From: Escherichia coli
GTDB lineage: Bacteria > Pseudomonadota > Gammaproteobacteria > Enterobacterales > Enterobacteriaceae
NCBI RefSeq assembly: GCF_044647545.1
Contig: NZ_CP172818.1
DNA length: 64,000 nt
Reading direction: 5' to 3' (one strand)
Below the pieces are notes generated by a model. The model saw only the letters and a program-made list of their open reading frames with translations. It was not told the DNA's origin and did not search any database. Positions 38,056 to 51,039 of this stretch are shown one piece after another. Made by a program: the position numbers and the translations under genes. The stretch's first letter is position 1. Each line of letters opens with the position of its first letter.

Positions 38056-38919
38056 TCACAAATACAGCGCCGGAAATATCAACCGGCTCACCCCGTGCTC
38101 CCGTAACGCATCAGCCAATTGCTCAACGTCTTCCGGCGTGGCGCTCGCCCAGCTTTGCGCCTCGCCATACACGCCGTGGGCATGAAACGCGTTCAGGCGT
38201 ACCGGAACATCGCCAAGTCCCTTGATAAACGCCGCCAGCTCATCGATATGCTGCAAATAATCCACGTGGCCTGGGATTACCAGCAAACGCAGTTCTGCCA
38301 GTTTGCCGCGCTCGGCAAGCAGACTAATGCTGCGCTTGATCTGCTGATTATCGCGTCCGGTTAGCTGTTGATGGCACGCGCCACCCCACGCTTTGAGGTC
38401 GAGCATCGCGCCGTCGCATACCGGGAGTAATTTTTCCCAGCCGGTTTCGCTCAACATGCCGTTACTGTCCACCAGACAGGTGAGATGACACAGTTGTGGA
38501 TCATTTTTGATAGCAGTAAACAGCGCCACCACAAACGGCAACTGGGTCGTGGCTTCACCGCCGCTTACCGTTATCCCTTCAATAAACAGCACCGCTTTGC
38601 GGACGTGACTAAGCACCTCGTCCACGTTCATGGATTGCGCCATCGGCGTAGCGTGTTGTGGACACATCTTCAGGCAGGTATCACACTGCTCGCAGACGGC
38701 TGCGTTCCACACTACTTTGCTGTTAACAATCTGCAACGCCTGATGCGGACACTGTGGCACGCACTCCCCGCAATCATTACAGCGCCCCATTGTCCACGGA
38801 TTGTGACAGTTTTTGCAGCGCAGATTACAGCCCTGTAAAAACAGAGCCAGACGACTGCCTGGCCCGTCAACGCAGGAGAAGGGGATAATCTTACTGACTA
38901 AAGCGCATCTGCTGTTCAT
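38056..38919 (-). CDS. yjjW: glycyl-radical enzyme activating protein (radical SAM)
   Basis: 287-aa ORF with CxxxCxxC radical-SAM cluster plus extra Cys-rich ferredoxin-like motifs. Confidence 0.85.
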   Translation of the reverse strand: MNSRCALVSKIIPFSCVDGPGSRLALFLQGCNLRCKNCHNPWTMGRCNDCGECVPQCPHQALQIVNSKVVWNAAVCEQCDTCLKMCPQHATPMAQSMNVDEVLSHVRKAVLFIEGITVSGGEATTQLPFVVALFTAIKNDPQLCHLTCLVDSNGMLSETGWEKLLPVCDGAMLDLKAWGGACHQQLTGRDNQQIKRSISLLAERGKLAELRLLVIPGHVDYLQHIDELAAFIKGLGDVPVRLNAFHAHGVYGEAQSWASATPEDVEQLADALREHGVSRLIFPALYL

Positions 38920-40441
38920 GGCTTATCACGCGCGACTGGCGTTCCAGAATACGAGTGTTGCGTGCGGCTTCTTCTCCCAGCCAGGTGGTATTGGTACGTG
39001 AACCTTCGGCACGATATTTTTCTAAATCCGACAAACGCACCATATAACCGGTAACGCGAACCAGATCGTTACCGCTGACATTGGCGGTAAATTCACGCAT
39101 TCCGGCTTTAAAGGCACCGAGGCAAAGCTGTACCAGCGCCTGCGGATTACGTTTGATGGTTTCGTCGAGCGTCAAAATGTCGCTGATGCCGGAATAATAA
39201 TAAGCATGATGCGGGGCGACAGTTTGCAGATGGGTGATCGGATCTGGCTCATCGCCATACGGCAAACGCGCGCCCGGCGTGGTGCCGATATCGGAACTTA
39301 TCCCCGACTGTGCGTGTAGCATGGCGCGATTTTGCCAGCCATATTTCACGGGGGTATTGGCGACAAACTCCGCCAGTTGCGCGCTGATGCGATAACCCAC
39401 TTCATTTGCAGCGGCTTCTTTACCGTAACGTGCGGCAATTCCTTCTTTCTCACACAACAAGTTAACCGCTTCTGCCAGTCCGTACATGCCAAACATTGGC
39501 ACAAAACGTTCAGGGTTAATCAGCCCTTCTTTCACCAGGAAGCTATTCTCAAAGAAGTGTGATTGTTGATAGAGGAATTCACACCGCGCATCGATGATGG
39601 CGATTTGCTGCTGGCAGTAGTGCGGTAGAGTGCGCGTAAAGAAATCATCCAGCGATTCACTGCGCTCGGCAATGGCTTTCAGGTTAAGGCGTACCAGCGT
39701 GCTGCCACCACCCGCCAGCGGCAGTGAGTTGTAACAGCTCACAATCCCGTAGCCCCCTTTTGTGAAAATTTTATCATGCACGGGACCGTTGGCGATGTGC
39801 GGTTTGCTACATTCACAGATGTTTTTCGCCACTTCCAGCAGCAGGTCATCAGGGGTGATTTCAGGATCGTAGATAAAAGTCAGGTTCGGTGAAACCTGCT
39901 TCAGCTCTGAATCTGCCCGTAAAATCGCACGGGTAATGGGCGAATCAGACGGGCCAATATTGGCGTGCATAAAGGCATCTGGCAGGGTTCTATCGAGGTA
40001 ACGCCAGAAACGTTTTATTCGAATATCGATCTCGTTTTGTGTTAGAATTCTAACATACGGTTGCAACAACGCATCCAGTTGCCCCAGGTAGACCGGCATC
40101 GATGTGACCGAAGGAACGTGGTGGTAAAGAATGGTCAGCAGAGAGAGTGCGTCATCAAGATCTTTTGCGCCTTCCAGCTCCAGCCATTCGGAACCGTTGG
40201 CCAAAAAACGGGCGTAATCGGGTAAGACATAGCGCGGTTTATACGGCGCATGACCTTCAAACATATCGCAGATTACACCTTCATCCAGCGCGCGGCGGGC
40301 TTCGGCAGGAAGCTGTGGGTAAGGCAGATTGTTTTCTGCTTCCAGCGCCAGAAAATGGCGCTTCTGCTCCGGGCTAAGTACCGGACTGGTGACAATTTGC
40401 TGGCAACGTTGTTGCAGTGCATTTTCATGAGAAGTGGGCAT
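38891..40441 (-). CDS. yjjI: glycine-radical-enzyme-like protein YjjI (DUF3029)
   Basis: 516 aa from [15 protein letters not shown]; overlaps the yjjW start. Confidence 0.85.
   Translation of the reverse strand: MPTSHENALQQRCQQIVTSPVLSPEQKRHFLALEAENNLPYPQLPAEARRALDEGVICDMFEGHAPYKPRYVLPDYARFLANGSEWLELEGAKDLDDALSLLTILYHHVPSVTSMPVYLGQLDALLQPYVRILTQNEIDIRIKRFWRYLDRTLPDAFMHANIGPSDSPITRAILRADSELKQVSPNLTFIYDPEITPDDLLLEVAKNICECSKPHIANGPVHDKIFTKGGYGIVSCYNSLPLAGGGSTLVRLNLKAIAERSESLDDFFTRTLPHYCQQQIAIIDARCEFLYQQSHFFENSFLVKEGLINPERFVPMFGMYGLAEAVNLLCEKEGIAARYGKEAAANEVGYRISAQLAEFVANTPVKYGWQNRAMLHAQSGISSDIGTTPGARLPYGDEPDPITHLQTVAPHHAYYYSGISDILTLDETIKRNPQALVQLCLGAFKAGMREFTANVSGNDLVRVTGYMVRLSDLEKYRAEGSRTNTTWLGEEAARNTRILERQSRVISHEQQMRFSQ
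40040..40055. promoter_or_regulatory. DeoR operator (deoP1 region), 16-bp palindrome TGTTAGAATTCTAACA
   Basis: Perfect palindrome; lies inside the yjjI coding region, 600 bp upstream of the second operator. Confidence 0.8.
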
Positions 40442-40639
40442 CTTCTGTTCCTTTTTATGCCGAAGGTGATGCGCCATTGTAAGAAGTTTCGTGATGTTCA
40501 CTTTGATCCTGATGCGTTTGCCACCACTGACGCATTCATTTGAAAGTGAATTATTTGAACCAGATCGCATTACAGTAATGCAATTTTGTAAGTAGATTTC
40601 CTTAATTGTGATGTATATCGAAGTGTGTTGCGGAGTCGA

Positions 40640-40655
40640 TGTTAGAATACTAACA
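40640..40655. promoter_or_regulatory. DeoR operator (deoP2 region) TGTTAGAATACTAACA
   Basis: Near-perfect palindrome about 45 bp upstream of the deoC ATG. Confidence 0.8.
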
Positions 40656-40699
40656 AACTCGCAAGGTGAATTTTATTGGCGACAAGCCAGGAGAATGAA

Positions 40700-41479
40700 A
40701 TGACTGATCTGAAAGCAAGCAGCCTGCGTGCACTGAAATTGATGGACCTGACCACCCTGAATGACGACGATACCGACGAGAAAGTGATCGCTCTGTGTCA
40801 TCAGGCCAAAACTCCGGTCGGTAATACCGCCGCTATCTGTATCTATCCTCGCTTTATCCCGATTGCTCGCAAAACGCTGAAAGAGCAGGGCACCCCGGAA
40901 ATCCGTATCGCTACGGTAACTAACTTCCCACACGGTAACGACGACATCGAAATCGCGCTGGCAGAAACCCGTGCGGCAATCGCCTACGGTGCCGATGAAG
41001 TTGATGTGGTGTTCCCGTACCGTGCACTGATGGCGGGTAACGAGCAGGTTGGTTTTGATCTGGTGAAAGCCTGTAAAGAGGCTTGCGCAGCAGCGAATGT
41101 ACTGCTGAAAGTGATCATCGAAACCGGCGAACTGAAAGACGAAGCGCTGATCCGCAAAGCGTCTGAAATATCCATTAAAGCGGGTGCTGATTTCATCAAA
41201 ACCTCTACCGGTAAAGTAGCAGTGAACGCGACGCCGGAAAGCGCGCGCATCATGATGGAAGTGATCCGTGATATGGGCGTAGAGAAAACCGTTGGTTTCA
41301 AACCGGCGGGCGGCGTGCGTACTGCGGAAGATGCGCAGAAATATCTCGCGATTGCAGATGAACTGTTCGGTGCTGACTGGGCTGATGCGCGTCACTACCG
41401 CTTTGGTGCTTCCAGCCTGCTGGCAAGCCTGCTGAAAGCGCTGGGCCACGGCGACGGTAAGAGCGCCAGCAGCTACTAA
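40700..41479 (+). CDS. deoC: deoxyribose-phosphate aldolase
   Basis: 259 aa from [26 protein letters not shown]; recognised as DeoC. Confidence 0.95.
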
Positions 41480-41618
41480 GCTGCCTTTTGCCAGAGGGTG
41501 GATGCTATGGGTCGAGTACCCCTGTAGGCCTGATAAGATGCGTCAGCATTGCATCAGGCAATAACAACATCCGCCATCTGGCAACAACGCCTTCAAACTT
41601 ATTCCACGGGAGGTTACC

Positions 41619-42941
41619 TTGTTTCTCGCACAAGAAATTATTCGTAAAAAACGTGATGGTCATGCGCTGAGCGATGAAGAAATTCGCTTCTTTATCAACG
41701 GCATTCGCGACAACACTATCTCCGAAGGGCAGATTGCCGCCCTCGCGATGACCATTTTCTTCCACGATATGACAATGCCGGAGCGTGTCTCGCTGACCAT
41801 GGCGATGCGAGATTCAGGAACCGTTCTCGACTGGAAAAGCCTGCATCTGAATGGCCCGATTGTTGATAAACACTCCACCGGCGGCGTCGGCGATGTGACT
41901 TCGCTGATGTTAGGGCCGATGGTGGCTGCCTGCGGCGGCTATATTCCGATGATCTCCGGTCGCGGCCTCGGCCATACTGGCGGTACGCTCGACAAACTGG
42001 AATCCATCCCTGGCTTCGACATCTTCCCGGATGACAACCGTTTCCGCGAAATTATTAAAGATGTTGGCGTGGCGATTATCGGCCAGACCAGCTCGCTGGC
42101 TCCGGCGGATAAACGTTTCTATGCGACCCGCGACATTACCGCAACCGTGGATTCCATCCCGCTTATCACCGCCTCGATCCTGGCGAAGAAACTGGCGGAA
42201 GGTCTGGATGCGCTGGTGATGGACGTGAAAGTCGGTAGCGGCGCGTTTATGCCGACCTACGAACTCTCTGAAGCCCTTGCCGAAGCGATTGTTGGCGTGG
42301 CTAACGGTGCTGGCGTGCGCACCACCGCGCTACTCACCGACATGAATCAGGTGCTGGCCTCCAGTGCCGGTAACGCGGTTGAAGTTCGTGAAGCGGTGCA
42401 GTTCCTGACTGGTGAGTATCGTAACCCGCGTCTGTTTGATGTCACGATGGCACTGTGCGTGGAGATGTTGATCTCCGGCAAACTGGCGAAAGATGACGCC
42501 GAAGCGCGCGCGAAATTGCAGGCGGTGCTGGACAACGGTAAAGCGGCAGAAGTCTTTGGTCGTATGGTAGCGGCACAAAAAGGCCCGACCGACTTCGTTG
42601 AGAACTACGCGAAGTATCTGCCGACAGCGATGCTGACGAAAGCAGTCTATGCTGATACCGAAGGTTTTGTCAGTGAAATGGATACCCGCGCGCTGGGAAT
42701 GGCAGTGGTTGCAATGGGCGGCGGTCGCCGTCAGGCATCTGACACCATCGATTACAGCGTCGGCTTTACTGATATGGCGCGTCTGGGCGACCAGGTAGAC
42801 GGTCAGCGTCCGCTGGCGGTTATCCACGCGAAAGACGAAAACAGCTGGCAGGAAGCGGCGAAAGCGGTGAAAGCGGCAATTAAACTTGCCGATAAAGCAC
42901 CGGAAAGCACACCGACTGTCTATCGCCGTATCAGCGAATAA
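41619..42941 (+). CDS. deoA: thymidine phosphorylase (TTG start)
   Basis: 440-aa [24 protein letters not shown] with SD gggagg upstream. Confidence 0.95.
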
Positions 42942-42971
42942 CGGTATACTGATCTGATCATTTAAATTTGA

Positions 42972-44216
<1,245 letters not shown>

Positions 44217-44272
44217 TGGATTTGGGCGGAGCAGTGACTCCGCCTTTAATATGTCACAAAAAGGATAAAATG

Positions 44273-44992
44273 ATGGCTACTCCACACATTAATGCAGAAA
44301 TGGGCGATTTCGCTGACGTAGTTTTGATGCCAGGCGACCCGCTGCGTGCGAAGTATATTGCTGAAACTTTCCTTGAAGATGCTCGTGAAGTGAACAACGT
44401 TCGCGGTATGCTGGGCTTCACCGGTACTTACAAAGGCCGCAAAATTTCTGTAATGGGCCACGGTATGGGTATCCCGTCCTGCTCCATCTACACTAAAGAA
44501 CTGATCACCGATTTCGGCGTGAAGAAAATCATTCGCGTTGGTTCCTGTGGTGCAGTTCTGCCGCACGTAAAACTGCGTGACGTAGTGATTGGTATGGGTG
44601 CCTGCACCGATTCCAAAGTTAACCGCATCCGTTTTAAAGACCATGACTTTGCAGCTATCGCTGACTTCGACATGGTGCGTAACGCAGTAGATGCAGCTAA
44701 AGCACTGGGCATTGATGCGCGCGTTGGTAACCTGTTCTCCGCTGACCTGTTCTACTCTCCGGACGGCGAAATGTTCGACGTGATGGAAAAATACGGCATT
44801 CTCGGTGTGGAAATGGAAGCTGCTGGTATCTACGGCGTCGCTGCAGAATTCGGCGCGAAAGCCCTGACCATCTGCACCGTGTCTGACCACATCCGCACTC
44901 ACGAGCAGACCACTGCCGCTGAGCGTCAGACCACCTTCAACGACATGATCAAAATCGCACTGGAATCCGTTCTGCTGGGCGATAAAGAGTAA
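44273..44992 (+). CDS. deoD: purine nucleoside phosphorylase
   Basis: 239 aa from [33 protein letters not shown]. Confidence 0.95.
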
Positions 44993-45025
44993 TTGTGTTT
45001 CGCTGAAAGGCGATTGTCGTGTGAA

Positions 45026-45054
45026 GCCGGAGCGGGAGACCGCTCCGGCTTTTT
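45026..45054 (+). terminator. intrinsic terminator of the deo operon
   Basis: gccggagcgg-gaga-ccgctccggc followed by ttttt. Confidence 0.8.
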
Positions 45055-45187
45055 AGTATTTATTCATCAATAGCAACTGATTTATAGATTCACTATTATT
45101 TTTCATATGGATAGAAAATTAAATCCATTCGAGTATCTTCACGAATCTTCAGCCCCAAAAATAACTAACTCATTTATCAACAGCGAG

Positions 45188-46204
45188 TTACCGCACCGCC
45201 CCTGCCATCCACGTCGACAACTCCCTTAGCTCTTTTTCCTGTTCAGGGAAGTCAACCAACAGCGCTTCACACTCTTGTTGCAGCATGTCAGCGCGGTACA
45301 GGCAGCCTTGCAGTCGTCCGGCGAGAGCTTCCAGAGGTGCGGGGTTGAGGCTATCGGTAAACACCTGGGCGCGGGTGATATGGCCTTTTTCGACGTCGAA
45401 ATGCAGTTCTACGCCGCCCCAGGTAAAGCGTTCATCCAGCAGATGCGAGAACGCTGGAGCCTGTCCGAAATTCCATTCCCAGCTACTCTGGCGGGCAAAG
45501 GTTTCGGCGAAGTTCGGCAAGTCCGGCGTTTTGTCCGGGGAGATAATTTCCGCTTCTACACGCTCGCCATAATGGGCGAAAAAGGCCTCGGTTATGGCTT
45601 CGCAAACCTGCTCGTGGGTAATTCCCGGCAGCAATTCGGTCAGATTGGTCACGCGGGAACGTACCGACGTAATGCCTTTCGCCGCCAGTTTCTTTTTATC
45701 CGGGTTGAGATAGTTTGCCAGGCGGCTAAGGTCGGCATTGAGTAGCAAGGTGCCGTGATGGAAGCCACGATCTTTGGTTTCGCGATAGGCCGAGCCTGAG
45801 ACTTTACGGTCGCCTTCGGCGGTTTTCACCACCAAATCGTTACGTCCGGACGCTTCGGCGCTGACACCGAGCGCGTTCAGTGCATTGAGCACAATCGAGG
45901 TGGAGATCGTTTTATCGTATTCCGGCTTGCCAGCCATGAAGGTAAAACAGGTATTGCCGAGATCGTGGAACACCGCGCCGCCACCGCTACTGCGCCGTGC
46001 CAGGCGAACGTTATCTTCTTCCATCCGCCGGGTATTACACTCTTTCCACGGGTTCTGCGCGCGACCAATCACTACCGTGTCGGCATTGCGCCAGAGAAAC
46101 AAAACGCGCTGCGTGGCGGGCATCTGGCGAAAAATACACTCCTCCACCGCCAGGTTAAACCACGGATCGTAAGAGTCAGAGATGAGCAGGCGTAATGTGG
46201 ACAT
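45188..46204 (-). CDS. lplA: lipoate-protein ligase A
   Basis: 338-aa [25 protein letters not shown] recognised as LplA. Confidence 0.9.
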   Translation of the reverse strand: MSTLRLLISDSYDPWFNLAVEECIFRQMPATQRVLFLWRNADTVVIGRAQNPWKECNTRRMEEDNVRLARRSSGGGAVFHDLGNTCFTFMAGKPEYDKTISTSIVLNALNALGVSAEASGRNDLVVKTAEGDRKVSGSAYRETKDRGFHHGTLLLNADLSRLANYLNPDKKKLAAKGITSVRSRVTNLTELLPGITHEQVCEAITEAFFAHYGERVEAEIISPDKTPDLPNFAETFARQSSWEWNFGQAPAFSHLLDERFTWGGVELHFDVEKGHITRAQVFTDSLNPAPLEALAGRLQGCLYRADMLQQECEALLVDFPEQEKELRELSTWMAGAVR

Positions 46205-46231
46205 AACGATTTCCTTTCTTGTAGTAATGGG

Positions 46232-46876
46232 TCACTCTTTTTTCTCGCTTTCTTCCTCTTCCGGCACCGGTTTGCTGGCGGTTAACAGGAAGGGGGATTG
46301 CTGCCAGCGGGTGCGTTTACCCTGTAGCAGCGTGCGGGTCAGCACTACGCCGATTGCCAGCGAGAGCAACAACATCAGGCGTAAAATGTTAGTGGTGTTA
46401 TCCACCTGTTGAGCTTCGGTGGCGAGCGTATGGGTGTCGAGCGTCAGGCGCAGATAGCCAAGCGGACCATTTTTCCCTGCAATGGGTTCGACAATCTGCT
46501 GGTTAAAATAGCCGCCCGCTTTTTTACCGTCGAGCGCCAGCCGGTCGCGCACTTCGACGCTTTCGCCAGAACGTGCGATAAGATCGCCTTGTTCGTCATA
46601 CACACCCGCGTCGAGGATACGGCTTTCATCCGTTAACTGATCGAGGATCGCCTGAATGCGTTTTTCATCCGGTGAGTCGGTACGCATCAGCGGTGCAACG
46701 TTCAGCGTCACCTGCCGCGCCAGGGTGCGGGCCAGTTCTTCCAGCTGCGGATTACGCTGTCGCTGGTGGTTTTGACTAAACCATGATGCCCCCTGCATCA
46801 GCGCCACTAACAAGGCAAGACAGAACAGGACAATCACTGCCCGATGCAGCCGGAATTTCAGTTTTGTGCGAGCCAT
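46232..46876 (-). CDS. ytjB: membrane protein Smp (YtjB)
   Basis: 214-aa ORF with N-terminal TM segment. Confidence 0.85.
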   Translation of the reverse strand: MARTKLKFRLHRAVIVLFCLALLVALMQGASWFSQNHQRQRNPQLEELARTLARQVTLNVAPLMRTDSPDEKRIQAILDQLTDESRILDAGVYDEQGDLIARSGESVEVRDRLALDGKKAGGYFNQQIVEPIAGKNGPLGYLRLTLDTHTLATEAQQVDNTTNILRLMLLLSLAIGVVLTRTLLQGKRTRWQQSPFLLTASKPVPEEEESEKKE

Positions 46877-46981
46877 CTTCCACCCTTTGAAAATTTGAGA
46901 CTTAATGTTGCCAGAAGCAATGGATACAAGGTAGCCTCATGCGTTATTTTCCCTGCTTCGAACGATTTTACAGGAGCCTTA

Positions 46982-47950
46982 ATGCCTAACATTACCTGGT
47001 GCGACCTTCCTGAAGATGTCTCTTTATGGCCAGGTCTGCCTCTTTCATTAAGTGGTGATGAAGTGATGCCACTGGATTACCACGCAGGTCGTAGCGGCTG
47101 GCTGCTGTATGGTCGTGGGCTGGATAAACAACGTCTGACCCAGTACCAAAGCAAACTGGGCGCAGCGATGGTGATTGTTGCCGCCTGGTGCGTGGAAGAT
47201 TATCAGGTGATTCGTCTGGCAGGTTCGCTTACCGCCCGGGCTACGCGCCTGGCCCATGAAGCACAACTGGATGTCGCGCCGCTGGGGAAAATTCCGCATC
47301 TGCGCACGCCAGGTCTGCTGGTGATGGACATGGATTCCACCGCCATTCAGATTGAATGTATTGACGAAATTGCCAAACTGGCCGGAACCGGCGAGATGGT
47401 GGCGGAAGTAACCGAGCGGGCGATGCGCGGCGAACTCGATTTTACCGCCAGCTTGCGCAGTCGAGTGGCAACGCTGAAAGGCGCTGACGCCAATATTCTG
47501 CAACAGGTGCGTGAAAATCTGCCGCTGATGCCAGGCTTAACGCAACTGGTACTCAAGCTGGAAACGCTGGGCTGGAAAGTGGCGATTGCCTCCGGCGGTT
47601 TTACCTTCTTTGCCGAATACCTGCGCGATAAGCTGCGCCTGACCGCCGTAGTAGCCAATGAACTGGAGATCATGGACGGTAAATTTACCGGTAATGTGAT
47701 TGGCGACATTGTAGACGCTCAGTATAAAGCGAAAACCCTGACCCGCCTGGCGCAGGAGTATGAAATCCCGCTGGCGCAAACCGTGGCGATTGGCGATGGT
47801 GCCAACGACCTGCCGATGATCAAAGCGGCAGGTCTGGGGATTGCCTACCATGCCAAGCCAAAAGTGAATGAAAAGACGGAAGTCACCATCCGTCACGCTG
47901 ACCTGATGGGGGTATTCTGCATCCTCTCTGGCAGCCTGAATCAGAAGTAA
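46982..47950 (+). CDS. serB: phosphoserine phosphatase
   Basis: 322 aa from MPNITWCDLPEDVSLWPG; HAD motif DMDST. Confidence 0.9.
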   Translation: MPNITWCDLPEDVSLWPGLPLSLSGDEVMPLDYHAGRSGWLLYGRGLDKQRLTQYQSKLGAAMVIVAAWCVEDYQVIRLAGSLTARATRLAHEAQLDVAPLGKIPHLRTPGLLVMDMDSTAIQIECIDEIAKLAGTGEMVAEVTERAMRGELDFTASLRSRVATLKGADANILQQVRENLPLMPGLTQLVLKLETLGWKVAIASGGFTFFAEYLRDKLRLTAVVANELEIMDGKFTGNVIGDIVDAQYKAKTLTRLAQEYEIPLAQTVAIGDGANDLPMIKAAGLGIAYHAKPKVNEKTEVTIRHADLMGVFCILSGSLNQK

Positions 47951-47998
47951 TTGTCCGCCCGTCATCCTGCGGGCGGCACAGTATTAACGAGGTACACC

Positions 47999-49381
47999 GT
48001 GGCAAAAGCTCCAAAACGCGCCTTTGTTTGTAATGAATGCGGGGCCGATTATCCGCGCTGGCAGGGGCAGTGCAGCGCCTGCCATGCCTGGAACACCATC
48101 ACCGAGGTGCGTCTTGCTGCGTCGCCAACGGTGGCGCGTAACGAGCGTCTCAGTGGCTATGCCGGTAGCGCCGGGGTGGCAAAAGTCCAGAAACTTTCCG
48201 ATATCAGCCTTGAGGAGTTGCCGCGTTTTTCAACCGGATTTAAAGAGTTCGACCGCGTATTAGGCGGTGGGGTGGTGCCGGGAAGCGCCATTCTGATTGG
48301 CGGTAATCCAGGCGCAGGGAAATCCACGCTGCTACTGCAAACGCTGTGCAAACTGGCCCAGCAGATGAAAACGCTGTATGTCACCGGCGAAGAGTCGCTG
48401 CAACAGGTGGCAATGCGCGCTCATCGCCTCGGCCTGCCGACTGACAATCTCAATATGTTGTCGGAAACCAGCATCGAACAGATCTGCCTGATTGCCGAAG
48501 AAGAGCAACCGAAGCTGATGGTAATTGACTCCATCCAGGTGATGCATATGGCGGATGTACAATCATCACCTGGCAGCGTGGCGCAGGTGCGTGAAACGGC
48601 GGCTTATCTGACGCGCTTCGCCAAAACGCGTGGCGTGGCGATTGTCATGGTGGGGCACGTAACCAAAGATGGTTCGCTGGCAGGCCCTAAAGTGCTGGAA
48701 CACTGTATCGACTGCTCGGTGCTTCTGGACGGCGATGCCGATTCCCGTTTCCGCACCTTACGCAGCCATAAAAACCGTTTCGGCGCGGTGAATGAGCTGG
48801 GCGTCTTCGCGATGACTGAACAGGGACTGCGTGAAGTTAGCAACCCTTCCGCCATCTTCTTAAGTCGCGGCGATGAAGTGACCTCCGGCAGCTCAGTGAT
48901 GGTGGTGTGGGAAGGAACGCGTCCGCTGCTGGTGGAGATCCAGGCGCTGGTCGATCACTCGATGATGGCGAATCCACGCCGCGTCGCAGTAGGGCTGGAG
49001 CAAAACCGTCTGGCAATCCTGCTGGCGGTGCTGCACCGTCACGGTGGGTTGCAAATGGCCGATCAGGATGTGTTTGTGAATGTGGTCGGTGGCGTGAAGG
49101 TAACCGAAACCAGTGCCGATTTAGCGTTACTGCTGGCGATGGTTTCCAGCCTGCGCGACAGACCACTACCGCAGGATCTGGTGGTGTTTGGTGAAGTCGG
49201 GCTGGCAGGGGAGATCCGCCCGGTGCCCAGCGGCCAGGAGCGGATTTCTGAAGCGGCGAAACATGGTTTTCGGCGGGCGATTGTTCCGGCAGCCAACGTG
49301 CCGAAAAAAGCGCCGGAAGGGATGCAGATTTTTGGCGTTAAAAAACTCTCCGACGCGCTTAGCGTGTTCGACGACTTATAA
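47999..49381 (+). CDS. radA: DNA repair protein RadA (Sms)
   Basis: GTG start; C4 zinc finger CNECGADYPRWQGQCSACHAW, Walker A GNPGAGKST, Lon-like C-terminus. Confidence 0.9.
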   Translation: MAKAPKRAFVCNECGADYPRWQGQCSACHAWNTITEVRLAASPTVARNERLSGYAGSAGVAKVQKLSDISLEELPRFSTGFKEFDRVLGGGVVPGSAILIGGNPGAGKSTLLLQTLCKLAQQMKTLYVTGEESLQQVAMRAHRLGLPTDNLNMLSETSIEQICLIAEEEQPKLMVIDSIQVMHMADVQSSPGSVAQVRETAAYLTRFAKTRGVAIVMVGHVTKDGSLAGPKVLEHCIDCSVLLDGDADSRFRTLRSHKNRFGAVNELGVFAMTEQGLREVSNPSAIFLSRGDEVTSGSSVMVVWEGTRPLLVEIQALVDHSMMANPRRVAVGLEQNRLAILLAVLHRHGGLQMADQDVFVNVVGGVKVTETSADLALLLAMVSSLRDRPLPQDLVVFGEVGLAGEIRPVPSGQERISEAAKHGFRRAIVPAANVPKKAPEGMQIFGVKKLSDALSVFDDL

Positions 49382-49401
49382 TGAGAGATACGGAGGGAGA
49401 T

Positions 49402-50634
49402 ATGTCGTCATTTGATTATCTGAAAACTGCCATCAAGCAACAGGGCTGTACGCTACAGCAGGTGGCTGATGCCAGCGGTATGACCAAAGGGTATTTAAGC
49501 CAGTTACTGAATGCCAAAATTAAAAGCCCCAGCGCGCAAAAGCTGGAGGCGTTGCACCGTTATTTGGGACTTGAATTTCCCCGGCAGAAGAAAACTATTG
49601 GTGTTGTATTCGGTAAGTTTTACCCGCTGCATACCGGACATATCTACCTTATCCAGCGTGCCTGTAGTCAGGTTGACGAACTGCATATCATTATGGGCTT
49701 TGACGATACCCGCGACCGCGCGTTGTTCGAAGATAGCGCCATGTCGCAGCAGCCCACGGTGCCGGATCGTCTGCGCTGGTTATTGCAAACTTTTAAATAT
49801 CAGAAAAATATTCGCATTCATGCTTTCAACGAAGAGGGCATGGAGCCGTATCCGCATGGCTGGGATGTGTGGAGCAACGGCATCAAAAAGTTTATGGCTG
49901 AAAAAGGGATCCAGCCGGATCTGATCTACACCTCGGAAGAAGCCGACGCGCCGCAGTATATGGAACATCTGGGGATCGAAACGGTGTTGGTCGATCCGAA
50001 ACGCACCTTTATGAGTATCAGCGGTGCGCAGATCCGCGAAAACCCGTTCCGCTACTGGGAATATATTCCCACCGAAGTGAAGCCGTTCTTTGTGCGCACC
50101 GTGGCGATCCTCGGCGGCGAATCGAGCGGTAAATCCACCCTGGTAAACAAACTTGCCAATATCTTCAACACTACCAGTGCATGGGAATATGGTCGCGATT
50201 ATGTCTTTTCGCATCTTGGCGGCGATGAGATTGCATTGCAGTATTCCGACTACGATAAAATCGCGCTTGGACACGCTCAATATATTGATTTTGCAGTAAA
50301 ATATGCCAATAAAGTGGCGTTTATCGACACCGATTTTGTGACAACTCAGGCGTTCTGCAAAAAGTACGAAGGGCGCGAGCATCCGTTCGTACAGGCGCTG
50401 ATCGATGAATACCGTTTTGATCTGGTGATTCTGCTGGAGAACAACACGCCGTGGGTGGCGGATGGTTTACGCAGTCTCGGCAGTTCGGTGGATCGCAAAG
50501 AGTTCCAGAACTTGCTGGTGGAGATGCTGGAAGAGAACAATATCGAATTTGTGCGGGTTGAAGAAGACGATTACGACAGCCGTTTCCTGCGCTGCGTGGA
50601 GCTGGTGCGGGAGATGATGGGGGAGCAGGGATAA
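49402..50634 (+). CDS. nadR: trifunctional NAD biosynthesis/regulator protein NadR
   Basis: 410 aa from MSSFDYLKTAIKQQG; HTH, NMN adenylyltransferase and RNK domains. Confidence 0.9.
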   Translation: MSSFDYLKTAIKQQGCTLQQVADASGMTKGYLSQLLNAKIKSPSAQKLEALHRYLGLEFPRQKKTIGVVFGKFYPLHTGHIYLIQRACSQVDELHIIMGFDDTRDRALFEDSAMSQQPTVPDRLRWLLQTFKYQKNIRIHAFNEEGMEPYPHGWDVWSNGIKKFMAEKGIQPDLIYTSEEADAPQYMEHLGIETVLVDPKRTFMSISGAQIRENPFRYWEYIPTEVKPFFVRTVAILGGESSGKSTLVNKLANIFNTTSAWEYGRDYVFSHLGGDEIALQYSDYDKIALGHAQYIDFAVKYANKVAFIDTDFVTTQAFCKKYEGREHPFVQALIDEYRFDLVILLENNTPWVADGLRSLGSSVDRKEFQNLLVEMLEENNIEFVRVEEDDYDSRFLRCVELVREMMGEQG

Positions 50635-50639
50635 TCATC

Positions 50640-51010
<371 letters not shown>

Positions 51011-51039
51011 GACGAAACTGCTCAAAGGTGAGGTATAAA

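Noticed and set aside
39750-39775. Third DeoR operator (O_E) about 280 bp upstream of the first, tgtgaaaattttatca
   Set aside because: Only a partial palindrome with weak resemblance to TGTTAGAA-TTCTAACA; I cannot support it without a scored alignment.
40673-41449. 258-aa ORF on the minus strand
   Set aside because: Antisense to deoC, an unambiguous highly expressed gene; no independent support.
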